64,000 nt of DNA. Origin: Candidatus Bathyarchaeota archaeon (lineage in GTDB: Archaea; Thermoproteota; Bathyarchaeia; 40CM-2-53-6). The notes under the pieces are model-generated. The model was not told where the DNA came from, did no database searches, and saw only the letters and a list, made by a program, of their open reading frames with translations. The DNA lies in contig CAWJRR010000003.1 in NCBI GenBank assembly GCA_963845275.1, positions 77,634-141,633 of the forward strand, written 5' to 3'. Shown one piece after another: positions 42,738 to 52,777 of the stretch (the stretch's first letter is position 1; every line of letters starts with the position of its first letter). Both the position numbers and the translations under genes were made by a program.

Positions 42738-43511
42738 ATGCCGAGAATTGCAATAATCGGCGGTAGCGGACTCGAAGGAATTCTACAAGGCTCACGACTT
42801 GTACGCATAGGTACCCCATACGGCCCAGCTCCTCCAATAACCATAGGCAAAACAGGAAACGAAGAAGTCGCCTTCCTCCCAAGACACGGCCCCAAACATG
42901 ACCTCCCTCCACACAAGGTCAATTACCGCGGCAACCTATACGCCCTCAAGCAACTAGGTGTAGAACGAATAATCGCAACCAACGCAGTTGGAAGCATAAA
43001 CCCAGAATACACTCCTGGAGACCTCGCCATTCCAGAAGACATAATCGACATGACGAAAACGAGACAAGCAACTTTCTTCGACGGAACACCAGTCACGCAC
43101 ATTGACGTATCTCAACCATACTGTCCCGAGATCCGTGGTGCCCTGATAGAGGCATCTAAACATGCGAAAGTAACAACGTGGACGAACTCGGTGCTTGCCG
43201 CGACGGAGGGCCCCAGGTATGAGACACCGGCCGAAATCCGCATGCTAAGTACAATGGGCGGAGACATTGTTGGAATGACGGGTGCCCCTGAAACATTCCT
43301 CGCTAGAGAACTTCAAATCTGTTACTCAACGCTATGTTTCATATCGAACCGAGCCGCAGGCAAACAGGCGAAGCTCTCAGCAGTCGAGGTGACGGAAGTG
43401 GGCAAGGCCATGATACCTCACATACTGACGATCCTTCAACGAGCCGTCGACGCCCTTCCAACCTCAAGAGGCTGCCCCTGCAGCAAATCTATTGACCAGG
43501 CGCAGGTGTGA
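42738..43511 (+). CDS. mtnP: 5'-Methylthioadenosine / purine nucleoside phosphorylase.
   Basis: MPRIAIIGGSGL N-terminus and the PNP-family core. Confidence 0.9.
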   Translation: MPRIAIIGGSGLEGILQGSRLVRIGTPYGPAPPITIGKTGNEEVAFLPRHGPKHDLPPHKVNYRGNLYALKQLGVERIIATNAVGSINPEYTPGDLAIPEDIIDMTKTRQATFFDGTPVTHIDVSQPYCPEIRGALIEASKHAKVTTWTNSVLAATEGPRYETPAEIRMLSTMGGDIVGMTGAPETFLARELQICYSTLCFISNRAAGKQAKLSAVEVTEVGKAMIPHILTILQRAVDALPTSRGCPCSKSIDQAQV

Positions 43512-43514
43512 ATT

Positions 43515-44297
43515 TTGCTACCTACCCTGCTCAAGACCATCGGAGTGTACACGTTCTATGAAAAATGGCTGGAGGGCGTAATCACAGCAGAAGGGATGCC
43601 GGAGCACGTAGGGATAATACTAGACGGAAATAGGAGATGGGGATTCGTAAAGTACGGAGATCAGCTAAATGGTCACTTTCACGGCGCCAGAACTGCCGAA
43701 GACTTTCTCATATGGTGCCTCGACCTTGGAATTAGAACCATCACTCTCTACGTCTTTTCAACCGAAAACTTCCAACGCCCACAAGACGAAGTTGATACCG
43801 TTCTCTCAATAATCGAGAACGAAGCACGAAAGCTGCTGAATGACGAGAGAATCCATAACCACATGGTTCACGTCAAAGCCATCGGCCGTCTTGAGCTATT
43901 ACCTGAATCATTACGTAGCGCTTTGAACGATCTCGAACGAGCGACAGCCCACTACGACAAACACTACCTAAACATAGCCGTTGCATACGGCGGAAGAGCA
44001 GAAATCGTGGACGCCGCAAAACGCATCATCGATGAAGTGCAGAGCGGTCAATTGGACAAAAGATCCGTCGACGAAGACATGTTCACCAAGTACCTCTACA
44101 CATCACACCTACCGAATCCATACCCGGAACTCATCATTCGAACGTCGGGTGAGGAGAGGCTGAGCGGATTCCTGATTTGGCAAGCCGCATACAGCGAATT
44201 TGTCTTTCTAGACGTCTATTGGCCTGAATTCAGACGCATCGACCTGCTACGAGCGGTTAGAACATATCAGAGACGAAAACGACGCTTCGGCTCGTAA
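43515..44297 (+). CDS. uppS: Undecaprenyl (cis-prenyl) diphosphate synthase.
   Basis: HVGIILDGNRRWG signature; RLSGFLIWQAAYSEFVF near the C-terminus. Confidence 0.9.
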   Translation: MLPTLLKTIGVYTFYEKWLEGVITAEGMPEHVGIILDGNRRWGFVKYGDQLNGHFHGARTAEDFLIWCLDLGIRTITLYVFSTENFQRPQDEVDTVLSIIENEARKLLNDERIHNHMVHVKAIGRLELLPESLRSALNDLERATAHYDKHYLNIAVAYGGRAEIVDAAKRIIDEVQSGQLDKRSVDEDMFTKYLYTSHLPNPYPELIIRTSGEERLSGFLIWQAAYSEFVFLDVYWPEFRRIDLLRAVRTYQRRKRRFGS

Positions 44298-44480
44298 CTC
44301 AACCTTTAGGCGTAGCTGTCAAATCCATGCAACAGGCACGTGCCAAACTTGACATAGTCACATCCATACATTTACGCACGAAAGTGTAACCAAGCCTTAT
44401 CTTCGCTAGTTCTTAGCACCCGAACATTCACGTAAGACGCTAAAATTGCAATTTCGCGTCATAGTGGCGAGTTTGGAAAA

Positions 44481-47400
44481 TTGGTATACATAAAACGAGT
44501 AGACCTGCGCGGCTTCAAGACCTTCGGAAAGAAAACTACGATTCACCTAGACCGCGGACTCACAATAATAACCGGTCCCAACGGCTCCGGAAAATCAAAC
44601 GTCCTCGACTCAGTAAAGTTCGCTCTAGGGGAACTGAGCCCCAAAGAGTTGAGAGGAGAAACCATCGGTGACCTCGTGTACAAAGGAACAGCACAAACAA
44701 TACACACGAAAGCCGCGTACGTGGCAGTCCAGTTCGACAATCACGATCGCCGAATACCCATAGACGCTGAAGCAGTAACAATCTCAAGAGAATTCCGTCG
44801 AGGCGGAGAAGGCATCTACAGACTCAACGGAAAGAGAGTCTCGAGAAAACAATTAACCGACATCCTATCCTCAGCCGACATTCAAGTTTCAAGCTTCAAC
44901 ATTGTACCGCAACACGCAATCACGCGACTCGCAGAAGTGACCACTGAAGAAAGAAGGAAAATCATCGAAGACATGATCGGTATCGCCGTCTATGACACTA
45001 AGAGGACCGCCGCTCAAGCCGAACTTCAACAAGCCGACTTAAACCTCCAAGTAGCATCAGCGAAAATCGAGGAAGTTAGACTCCGCGTCGAATCCCTAGA
45101 GAGAGAAAGAAACGATTATCTCAAATTCGTGCAAGTACGCAACGAAATAAACCGACTGGAAGCAAAGGAAGTTTCAAGCAAGATAAGGAAAGCTGAAGAA
45201 GAGATCAAACGCCTGGACGACGAGATAGCTGAATCTCATCGGCGAATCCAGGAACTCAAAGAAGCAAGAGATAAGCTTCTTCATGAGAAATCTGAAATTA
45301 ACGCCAAACGAAGAGAACTCGAAGAATCAGTTGTCGAGCAAAGCAACAACAGGCTCTTCGAAATTCAACGCTTGATGGGAGACGTAAGCGCAAGGATAGC
45401 CAGCCTCCGAGCCAACGCCAACGCAAATGAGGCAAACACAAAATCACTTCAGAAACAGAAAAACGAGCTCACTCAAAACTCCACTGAACTAACGCAGCGC
45501 ATTCAGGGATGCAAATCTGATCTCCCTAATCTAACTGAGCAAATGGACAAGGTAACGTCGATCATTGAGCAAAAACAGTCACTCGTGAACGAATCGAATG
45601 AAGCAATACTCAAACTCAGACAAACACTTGGACAAAACACTAAGGAAGCCCAAGACATCGAACGACAAGTCAACAACATCACTCAGAGAATGATCAAAGT
45701 AGAGGCCCAGGTTGAAGCCAGCAACGCCAAGATAGATCTCTTGAACAAACACCTAGTGACACTATCCACTCGAAAAGACGAATATGAAACGCTCATCCAA
45801 AGCGCCACTGAACGAATTGAGGAATTGAAGAAAGTTGAACAGGAAACGCTTACCAGCACGTCGGAGACTGACCGAAAAATCACGGAATATCAAAAACTCA
45901 AGGAACAACGGACCATTGAAATCCAGCAAGCGGAGAATGTAGCCAGACGCGCAACATCAGCACTAGTAGAAATTGACACGCAACGGAAGATCGCTGATGA
46001 CGTCGCTTCAGAAGACAGAGCACTCGCCCTTATCGAACAAATGTCAAAAGCAGGAGCGCTAGTAGACGTTTACGGAAAAATATCGACCCTAATCAAGTAC
46101 AAGAATGAACACGCAAAAGCAGTAGAGGCCGCTGCAGCAGGATGGACAAAAGCCCTCGTCGTCAAGAACGTTGAAACGGCAGTCGCATGCATAGAAGTGC
46201 TCAAGAAGACCCGCGTCGGCAGAGTAAAAATAGTTCCCGCCCAGGGCATACGACGACACATAGCGCCGAAACAACCAACAGGAATAGAAGGCATCCTTGG
46301 CCCAATCACGAATTACCTCACCTTTGAAGAACGCTACAGAAGCGTCATCAACCACATTTTTGGCGACACACTCCTGACGTTAAACCAAAAATCCGCTTTC
46401 CTCGCATCCCTCAAAGGCGTCAGAGCCGTAGCTTTGACCGGCGACCTGTATGAAGCCGGAGGAGCAATGGAAACAGGCTACTTCAGACAACCAATCGACT
46501 TCACGAACCTCCTGCTCAGAGGACAAACGGTGAATGAACTCAAAACAACACTCTCTTCACTGGAGAAGCTGGCAAATAAGACTCGCGAAGATGTCACGAG
46601 ACTGAAGAAAGAGGCGGAAGAACTCAGGAAGAACAAATCGAAAACCCTGACGTTCCTAAGCTCAGTCAAGAAGGAAATTGAGAATTTCGAACTGAACATG
46701 ACTCGTACAAGACGCGGAATGGAAGAAACCATCTCACGGTTCGAAACCATAACGCGAGAAATCGCCACTGAACAGACAGTAAAAGACGCTTGCTCCCACC
46801 TCCAACGGAAGATAAGCGACCAACTAGCCCACTCAGAGAAAGAACGAGAGGAGATGACATTCCCGTTCCAGTCAACGGCACTCGTGGAACGCGAGGAAGA
46901 ATACTCCAAACAGACAAAAGAACTCAACGACCTCATGCGTCAGCGAATTGAACTTGAAAGGCGACTTCAATCCGCCAATTCAACCATGAGCGTTCTAGAA
47001 CCATCACTCTCGCAAATCACAGGACAAGTGACAGACATAGAGAAGCAGATCGAATTGCTCGCCACGAACATGGAACAGACACGCACAGACCTAGCTGACG
47101 CTGAAAACCAACTCAAAGAACTCGACGCTTCACGCGGCAATTTATCTCAAGAACTCAGCGTGGTAAAGAAGAAACGGGACGAATATGATGGCCAGCTCAA
47201 GAAGTTAGACTCCGACATAACTGAGATAATTGATCAGCTTGAACCATTAAACGGGGAACTGGCGCAGCAGACCGCATCGCAAAAGAACCTGCAGATGAAA
47301 AATGAATTCCAACTAAACCAGCTCAAGGAACTAGGCTACTCGGAACCCGTAGAATTCAACGACGACGAAATCGAAGAGATTACGAAAAACCTAGCGTTCC

Positions 47401-48035
47401 TCAAGAAGGAACTCACCTCAATTGGCGGGGTTAATGAACTGGCCGTCTCACAGTACGAAGAGGTCAAGAACAATTACAAGCAGCTCGCCACCCGCATCTA
47501 CGAATTAGAGAAAGAAAAACTCTCAATCCTCAAATTCATGAACGAACTGGACAAACAGAAACTCGGCGTGTTCATGAAGGCCTTCAACCAGGTGAGCCAA
47601 TCATTCAACGAAATCTTCTCAACCGTTACCGGCGGAACCGGCAGACTCTTCCTCGAGAAACCTGAAACACCCTTCGACGCAGGCGCAGACGTTAGACTCC
47701 AATTCCCCGGAAAGACTGAGATGACGATCGGAAGCGCCAGCGGCGGCGAAAAATCAGTAGGCACAGTCTGCTTCATCCTCTCCCTACAATCCATACACCC
47801 CATGCCGTTCTACATGCTGGACGAAATCGACGCACACCTCGACGTCCTGAATTCACAACACTTGGCTGACCTACTCAAACGCAAATCGCAAGGATCACAG
47901 TTCATCATAGTATCACTCAAAGACGTAACGATCACGCGAGCCGACACCGTTTATGGAGTATTCATCCAAGACGGCGTATCACAAGTAATCAATCTACCAA
48001 TGCAGGAGGTCAACGTTCCTGGAAGAACTCACTAA
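44481..48035 (+). CDS. smc: Chromosome segregation protein SMC (TTG start).
   Basis: N-terminal FKTFGKKTTIHLDRGLTIITGPNGSGKSNVLD. Long coiled coils and a hinge. C-terminal LSGGEKSVGTVCFILSLQ...FYMLDEIDAHLD. 1184 aa. Confidence 0.95.
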   Translation: MVYIKRVDLRGFKTFGKKTTIHLDRGLTIITGPNGSGKSNVLDSVKFALGELSPKELRGETIGDLVYKGTAQTIHTKAAYVAVQFDNHDRRIPIDAEAVTISREFRRGGEGIYRLNGKRVSRKQLTDILSSADIQVSSFNIVPQHAITRLAEVTTEERRKIIEDMIGIAVYDTKRTAAQAELQQADLNLQVASAKIEEVRLRVESLERERNDYLKFVQVRNEINRLEAKEVSSKIRKAEEEIKRLDDEIAESHRRIQELKEARDKLLHEKSEINAKRRELEESVVEQSNNRLFEIQRLMGDVSARIASLRANANANEANTKSLQKQKNELTQNSTELTQRIQGCKSDLPNLTEQMDKVTSIIEQKQSLVNESNEAILKLRQTLGQNTKEAQDIERQVNNITQRMIKVEAQVEASNAKIDLLNKHLVTLSTRKDEYETLIQSATERIEELKKVEQETLTSTSETDRKITEYQKLKEQRTIEIQQAENVARRATSALVEIDTQRKIADDVASEDRALALIEQMSKAGALVDVYGKISTLIKYKNEHAKAVEAAAAGWTKALVVKNVETAVACIEVLKKTRVGRVKIVPAQGIRRHIAPKQPTGIEGILGPITNYLTFEERYRSVINHIFGDTLLTLNQKSAFLASLKGVRAVALTGDLYEAGGAMETGYFRQPIDFTNLLLRGQTVNELKTTLSSLEKLANKTREDVTRLKKEAEELRKNKSKTLTFLSSVKKEIENFELNMTRTRRGMEETISRFETITREIATEQTVKDACSHLQRKISDQLAHSEKEREEMTFPFQSTALVEREEEYSKQTKELNDLMRQRIELERRLQSANSTMSVLEPSLSQITGQVTDIEKQIELLATNMEQTRTDLADAENQLKELDASRGNLSQELSVVKKKRDEYDGQLKKLDSDITEIIDQLEPLNGELAQQTASQKNLQMKNEFQLNQLKELGYSEPVEFNDDEIEEITKNLAFLKKELTSIGGVNELAVSQYEEVKNNYKQLATRIYELEKEKLSILKFMNELDKQKLGVFMKAFNQVSQSFNEIFSTVTGGTGRLFLEKPETPFDAGADVRLQFPGKTEMTIGSASGGEKSVGTVCFILSLQSIHPMPFYMLDEIDAHLDVLNSQHLADLLKRKSQGSQFIIVSLKDVTITRADTVYGVFIQDGVSQVINLPMQEVNVPGRTH

Positions 48036-48147
48036 ACCCTTCTGGCTACGACCCCCCTACCTAATCCTATTCGACCTACTCCGACTACACAGGATCAAAC
48101 CCTGGGACGTTGACTTAGCCGACCTCCTGAACTCATTCCTAGCAGAG

Positions 48148-48690
48148 ATGAAGAAGAACGGCTTCATCGACTTTTCCGCCTCCGGCACAGCACTCCTCTC
48201 ATCCAGCGTAGTTCACAGAATGAAATCTGAAGTCGTACTGAAAATGGAGGAACCACCCAAACCTCCAACCCCACGACCAGACGTTGAAGTCCCGCCAGGC
48301 CTTCCATTTCCAATCCGATTCGAATACACCTCCACCAGCGTCTCCGAGGTACTACGCGTACTGCAAGAAGTATTGGCGAATGAGAAACTTGCACTCGAGA
48401 AGAAACCGTTCATCCTAACGCCGCCCTCAGTCTTCGAACAACTGGACACATTCCTCTCAAACATAGAGGAGAACATTGAAAACTTCTACGCGGAAATAAT
48501 CAAACTCAGCATTCGAGGCTCACCAATATCCTTCCGCGAGCTTGTGGCCGGAAAACCACTCTTAGAAATCGTCCGGGTTTTCATCATGCTTCTATTCCTA
48601 GCCAACCAGAACAAGCTCATAGTCACACAAGACGAGGAAACCTTAGGGATCTTCATAAAACTAGGCGAGGTGTCACCACCAATTGTCTGA
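48148..48690 (+). CDS. scpA: Segregation and condensation protein A; homology continues upstream of the first ATG.
   Basis: The same frame reads open from 47989, giving ...ELTKPFWLRPPYLILFDLLRLHRIKPWDVDLADLLNSFLAEM (ScpA N-terminal pattern), with no ATG/GTG/TTG. It overlaps the smc 3' end in a different frame. Confidence 0.7.
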   Translation: MKKNGFIDFSASGTALLSSSVVHRMKSEVVLKMEEPPKPPTPRPDVEVPPGLPFPIRFEYTSTSVSEVLRVLQEVLANEKLALEKKPFILTPPSVFEQLDTFLSNIEENIENFYAEIIKLSIRGSPISFRELVAGKPLLEIVRVFIMLLFLANQNKLIVTQDEETLGIFIKLGEVSPPIV

Positions 48691-49345
48691 ACCCCAACAA
48701 CAAAGCGAACAACAGACTGAACAACAAACCGAACCACAACAGACTGAACTTCTCGAGAAGAACTTTGATAAAGTCGCACTAATCGAAGCCGCACTGTACG
48801 TGACCGGCCGTCCCGTTGACTTGAAAACGCTAGGATTAATCCTAGGGATGCGATCGGAAGAAAAAATCCGAGACACGGCGAGACAACTGAAAGAACGCTA
48901 TAAGAACACGAGCGCCATCGAAGTTCTAGAATTAAATGACGGACGATTCGTCATGCAACTGAGACCCCAGTACGCTCCCCATGTTAAACGACTCGCTACA
49001 AGACAACTACTCACCCCAGGACCAATGAAGACATTATCCTTCATCGCCTACAAACAACCTATAACACAATCCTACGTTGCGAAGGTGAGAGGAAACCTCT
49101 CCTATTCACACGTCAGACAACTTCAAGAGATAGGGCTCATCAGCGAAGAAAAACTCGGCAGAACAAAGATGCTTAGAACCACACCAAACTTCGCTGACTA
49201 CTTCAACCTTAGTCAAGACGTTCAAGTGATGAAGAAACAACTCGAGAGAGTCTTCGAGCAATTAAAGTCCGAAAAAGCGGCTTCAGCCCAAACGAAAGAA
49301 TCGCAGAAACCATCACAACAGAAGACTCAGGCCGACTGCCATTAA
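48683..49345 (+). CDS. scpB: Segregation and condensation protein B (TTG start overlapping the scpA stop).
   Basis: LIEAALYVTGRPVDLKTLGLILG ... LSFIAYKQPITQSYVAKVRG, a ScpB winged-helix pattern. Confidence 0.85.
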   Translation: MSEPQQQSEQQTEQQTEPQQTELLEKNFDKVALIEAALYVTGRPVDLKTLGLILGMRSEEKIRDTARQLKERYKNTSAIEVLELNDGRFVMQLRPQYAPHVKRLATRQLLTPGPMKTLSFIAYKQPITQSYVAKVRGNLSYSHVRQLQEIGLISEEKLGRTKMLRTTPNFADYFNLSQDVQVMKKQLERVFEQLKSEKAASAQTKESQKPSQQKTQADCH

Positions 49346-49484
49346 GCAAAGCAGTCGTATCAACCAGCCAAGAAGACGCTACGCGAAAACGAACAATAAC
49401 CAGCCTGAGATCCAGATTATAACAATACTTAAATGAAGACGCCTTGCCTCTCAAGCAAATCGCTACGTCGGAGTCGATACTTGA

Positions 49485-49877
49485 ATGCCCCAATGGCACG
49501 GAAACCTTCACAAACGTAAGAAGAGCGGCGGCAAGAAACACATTTTTCGCGGAAAACGCGCCTTCGAAATGGGCAGCGACCCCGCTGAGACGATAGTTGG
49601 GGAACCCCGCATAGCTAAGAAACGCGGACGAGGGAACAACCTGAAACTCCGAGCCTTATCAGTTAACTCGGTAAACGTCACCGACCCAGCCACAGGCAAA
49701 AGCCAGAAGACTGAAATTCGAAGCGTCGTGAAAAACCCTGCGAACGTCGACTACCAACGAAGAGGCGTCATCACGAAAGGCGCAGTCGTCGATACACCCC
49801 TGGGGCAAGCATTAGTAACCTCTAGACCAGGCCAACACGGAATCATAAACGCGGTACTAATCCAAGCAACAAAATAA
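49485..49877 (+). CDS. rps8e: 30S ribosomal protein S8e.
   Basis: MPQWHGNLHKRKKSGGKK...; 130 aa, basic. Confidence 0.9.
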   Translation: MPQWHGNLHKRKKSGGKKHIFRGKRAFEMGSDPAETIVGEPRIAKKRGRGNNLKLRALSVNSVNVTDPATGKSQKTEIRSVVKNPANVDYQRRGVITKGAVVDTPLGQALVTSRPGQHGIINAVLIQATK

Positions 49878-49901
49878 CCCCCGGAACGATGAACCCCCTC
49901 T

Positions 49902-50204
49902 TTGAAGCTTGACGGAAAAATCCTCGTCTGGCCCGCAAACCTGGACTCCTCAAAAACTAGGCTTGAAGGAAGAAAGCTACCTAAAGGCCAGAGCGTACAA
50001 GCCCCACGAGTAGATGAGCTGGCTGAAGCCGCACGTCGACTCTCAATACAAGCAGAAATTACCCCGCAAAAATCCAGACCTAGAAACTGGTGGGAGAGGA
50101 CAGGCTACATCACCGTTCCCAAGACTCCAAGAACGGAACTGCTCCGATCATTAGCTAGCGAGGTAAGAAAGATCAGAGCAGCCAAGGATTTACCTAAGAA
50201 GTAA
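49902..50204 (+). CDS. srp19: Signal recognition particle protein SRP19 (TTG start).
   Basis: KILVWPANLDSSKTRLEGRKLPK...; 100 aa. Confidence 0.8.
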   Translation: MKLDGKILVWPANLDSSKTRLEGRKLPKGQSVQAPRVDELAEAARRLSIQAEITPQKSRPRNWWERTGYITVPKTPRTELLRSLASEVRKIRAAKDLPKK

Positions 50205-51447
50205 GCAAGGTTACATCCAGTAAACGACCCTTTGGAATCATCCCAGTCTTCTCAGGCACAACAACGAACCCATCAGCAGCCACGATGCTCATCATCACTG
50301 ACGCACGCTGCGAATCTACCAGCCTCGCGGTGAATCCGTTCTCGCTCTTCCTCAAAGCTACGCGAACAAACGTCCGGTAGCCCTTCACGCCTTTGATTAA
50401 TTCCGAAGTCGTCGCCTGCAACTTCGCCTCTGGAACCGGCTTCACCCCGGACAGTTTAGCTATCATTGGCACACCAAAAATCAGAAACGCAAACATGGCG
50501 GAGACTGGGAAACCCGGGAGAGAGATAATTGGGATCCCGCCTACAGAAGCTAAGCCCGTCGGCATTGCCGGACGCATCGCGACTCCGTGAACCAACATGC
50601 CTGGCTTCCCAACCGCGTTGATACAGGAGGGAACCAAATCCTTCTGCCCCACAGAAGAGCCCCCACTAACCAACACCATGTCAGATGATTTGACAGCCTT
50701 CTCTAAAGCTCTGATGATGAGCTCTTTTCGATCCTTCACAATTCCAAAATCAATTACGGTTCCACCAAGCTGCCGAACCTTAGCGGAGAGCACCAGCCTG
50801 TTGATGTCCACAATCTGACTCGACGATTTGATGCGGAGTCTATCAACGAGCTCGTTCCCTGTTGAGAGTATGGCCACTCGCGGCCTCTTCATAACCCGCA
50901 CCCGGTCAATCCCGAGGACCTTCAGCACACCCAAATCCTCTGCACGAAGCCGTCTCCCTTTTGTCAGGACAACTTTGCCGCGAGCAATATCCTCGCCCTT
51001 GCGGAGAACGTTCTGCCCCCGTTCTACGGTTTCTTTTACAGCGATTCGGCCGCCGGCCATTTTACGGGCATCCTCGACTGGAACGACACAGTCAGCCCCT
51101 TTCGGCAGCATGCTGCCAGTCGCGATAGCAAACGCTCCACCCCGCCTGACGACCCCCTTGCATGCTTCTCCCAGTCTACTTTCGCCCATGACCCTCAATA
51201 CAACTGGGCTAACATCCGAAGCCCCTTCTGCATCAGACGATTTCACGGCGAATCCGTCTACGATAGAGCGATCTGAGTGCGGAATCTCGGATTCAGCCAC
51301 TATATCGTCCGCCAATATTCTTTCCAAGGCCCGCGACACCAGGAGCCGCTCTGTTTCGACAAGAGGCCTACGGGCGGATTGTAGAAAACAGGCTAGGGCG
51401 TCATCGACATTTTTGAGCGTGTGGAAACCTTTGTGCGCGTGATTCAA
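50194..51447 (-). CDS. moeA: Molybdopterin molybdenumtransferase MoeA.
   Basis: LVSGGSSVGQKD and the C-terminal PGFPVSAMFAF pattern. 417 aa. Confidence 0.9.
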   Translation of the reverse strand: MNHAHKGFHTLKNVDDALACFLQSARRPLVETERLLVSRALERILADDIVAESEIPHSDRSIVDGFAVKSSDAEGASDVSPVVLRVMGESRLGEACKGVVRRGGAFAIATGSMLPKGADCVVPVEDARKMAGGRIAVKETVERGQNVLRKGEDIARGKVVLTKGRRLRAEDLGVLKVLGIDRVRVMKRPRVAILSTGNELVDRLRIKSSSQIVDINRLVLSAKVRQLGGTVIDFGIVKDRKELIIRALEKAVKSSDMVLVSGGSSVGQKDLVPSCINAVGKPGMLVHGVAMRPAMPTGLASVGGIPIISLPGFPVSAMFAFLIFGVPMIAKLSGVKPVPEAKLQATTSELIKGVKGYRTFVRVALRKSENGFTARLVDSQRASVMMSIVAADGFVVVPEKTGMIPKGRLLDVTLLTS

Positions 51448-51500
51448 GTTAATACGACTCGGCCATGTAATTTGCGTAATGAATCTGTACGGTCTCTACC

Positions 51501-51704
51501 ATGTTAAGTTTGATCCTATCCCTTATCCTATTCATCGCCATCCTTCTAGCGTTGATCTGGTTTGTGTCACGACGAAGAAGGAAGAGAAGCATTGAGCCAA
51601 TTATTGAGTTGGAGAAACTCGTCCAATGCAAGTCATGCGGATCGCTAATTCCCGAGACCGCAGGCAGATGCGCCTTCTGCGGAAAACCGCAGGCAAGAGG
51701 TTAA
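51501..51704 (+). CDS. Small membrane-anchored zinc-ribbon protein.
   Basis: TM helix LILSLILFIAILLALIWFV. Then CKSCG...CAFCG. Confidence 0.35.
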   Translation: MLSLILSLILFIAILLALIWFVSRRRRKRSIEPIIELEKLVQCKSCGSLIPETAGRCAFCGKPQARG

Positions 51705-51774
51705 CTGACTGGTGACCAATAACTAATTAAAGTCATTTTACGTGTGGCTCATGAGCCGCCGAGCTAGCACACTA

Positions 51775-51894
51775 GCCGCCGTACGCGCCTAACCGCGCAG
51801 ACGACAGCTCAGTGGTAAGAGCAGCGGACCCTAACTCTAAGGGGCTGAAGCTGTTAACCCGTTGGTCGCAGGTTCGATCCCTGCCGGCGGCGCC
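51775..51894 (+). tRNA. tRNA-Asn(GUU) with two non-canonical introns (one at position 8/9, one on the 5' side of the anticodon loop).
   Basis: Exon 1 GCCGCCGT (51775-51782). About 23 nt of intron (ACGCGCCTAACCGCGCAGACGAC). Then A-GCTC-AGTGGTAA-GAGC-A-GCGGA[about 22 nt]CTGTTAA-CCCGT-TGGTC-GCAGG-TTCGATC-CCTGC-CGGCGGC-G-CCA. The spliced sequence matches the typical archaeal tRNA-Asn closely. Confidence 0.65.
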
Positions 51895-52042
51895 ATCACA
51901 TCTACCGGCGGTTTCCTACTTGTGGACCGTATCCCAATCACGTGAGAAGAGCGGGTTAGAACCCTCTGACAGCTCATCTTACCACCCAGAATGAGAATCA
52001 GTTCCTGGACTTTCGGTCATGTCTGATACGAAATACTGAACT

Positions 52043-52732
52043 TCACGAATTCTGAAGGTCACCTAGAGTCGTACGGAGAAACTCAACAGTCCTTTTCCAC
52101 GCCACAGCCGAAGCTGCCGGGTCGTAGGCGTCCCGCCTGTCGCTCTCAAAGAACCAATGCCCGGTATCCGGGTATGTGTAAAACTGGACACTTTTCCCCG
52201 CTGATTTCAGGCTCTTCTCAAGATCTAGCACGTCGGTAGCAGACTCATAGGCATCTTTTTCAGCAAAATGCCCCAGATAAGAGGCTTCATACCTATTCCA
52301 CTCTCTTGTTGGAGAAGTCGCGTAGAAGATCACCACAGCCTTCACCTCTTCTCTGGCTGAGCTTAAGTCCAATGCGAAGTAGCCGCCCAAAGAGACCCCA
52401 ATAGTACCCACCTTTCCTCCAAGCAGTTGCTTGTCCGGAACAAAGTAGTCTAATGTAGCGTTGATTTTCCGGAAAGCCTCTTTCCTGTCCAGCTTAGAAC
52501 TAAGATCCTCCGCTTCTCCAACTGTTGAAGCGGTGTGGCCTCCGTAAAGATCTGGTGCCATAGTGGAGAACCCCTCGCCTGCTAATCTATCGCAGAAGCT
52601 ACGAAGGAAATCGTTGAGTCCCCACCAGGCATGTAGGACGATGACCCCCGGGCGATTCTTCGCTCGTGTCGAAAAGTAACAGTTGAATGCCTCTGAATTG
52701 TAGGCAATTTGAATGGTTTTGCCGCTCAACAT
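52043..52732 (-). CDS. Dienelactone hydrolase-family alpha/beta hydrolase.
   Basis: VIVLHAWWGLNDFLRSFCDRLAGEGF...; 229 aa. Confidence 0.75.
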   Translation of the reverse strand: MLSGKTIQIAYNSEAFNCYFSTRAKNRPGVIVLHAWWGLNDFLRSFCDRLAGEGFSTMAPDLYGGHTASTVGEAEDLSSKLDRKEAFRKINATLDYFVPDKQLLGGKVGTIGVSLGGYFALDLSSAREEVKAVVIFYATSPTREWNRYEASYLGHFAEKDAYESATDVLDLEKSLKSAGKSVQFYTYPDTGHWFFESDRRDAYDPAASAVAWKRTVEFLRTTLGDLQNS

Positions 52733-52777
52733 AGCCGCCCGTCTCGAATGCTGGCGCGGTTCAAATAAGAATTTGCA

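Noticed and set aside
45683-46936. Several minus-strand ORFs inside smc.
   Set aside because: They are antisense to a 1184-aa SMC with full motif support. Ser/Phe-rich, as expected from a K/E-rich sense strand.
50828-51442. Plus-strand 204-aa S/T/R-rich ORF.
   Set aside because: It is antisense to the well-supported moeA. Low-complexity.
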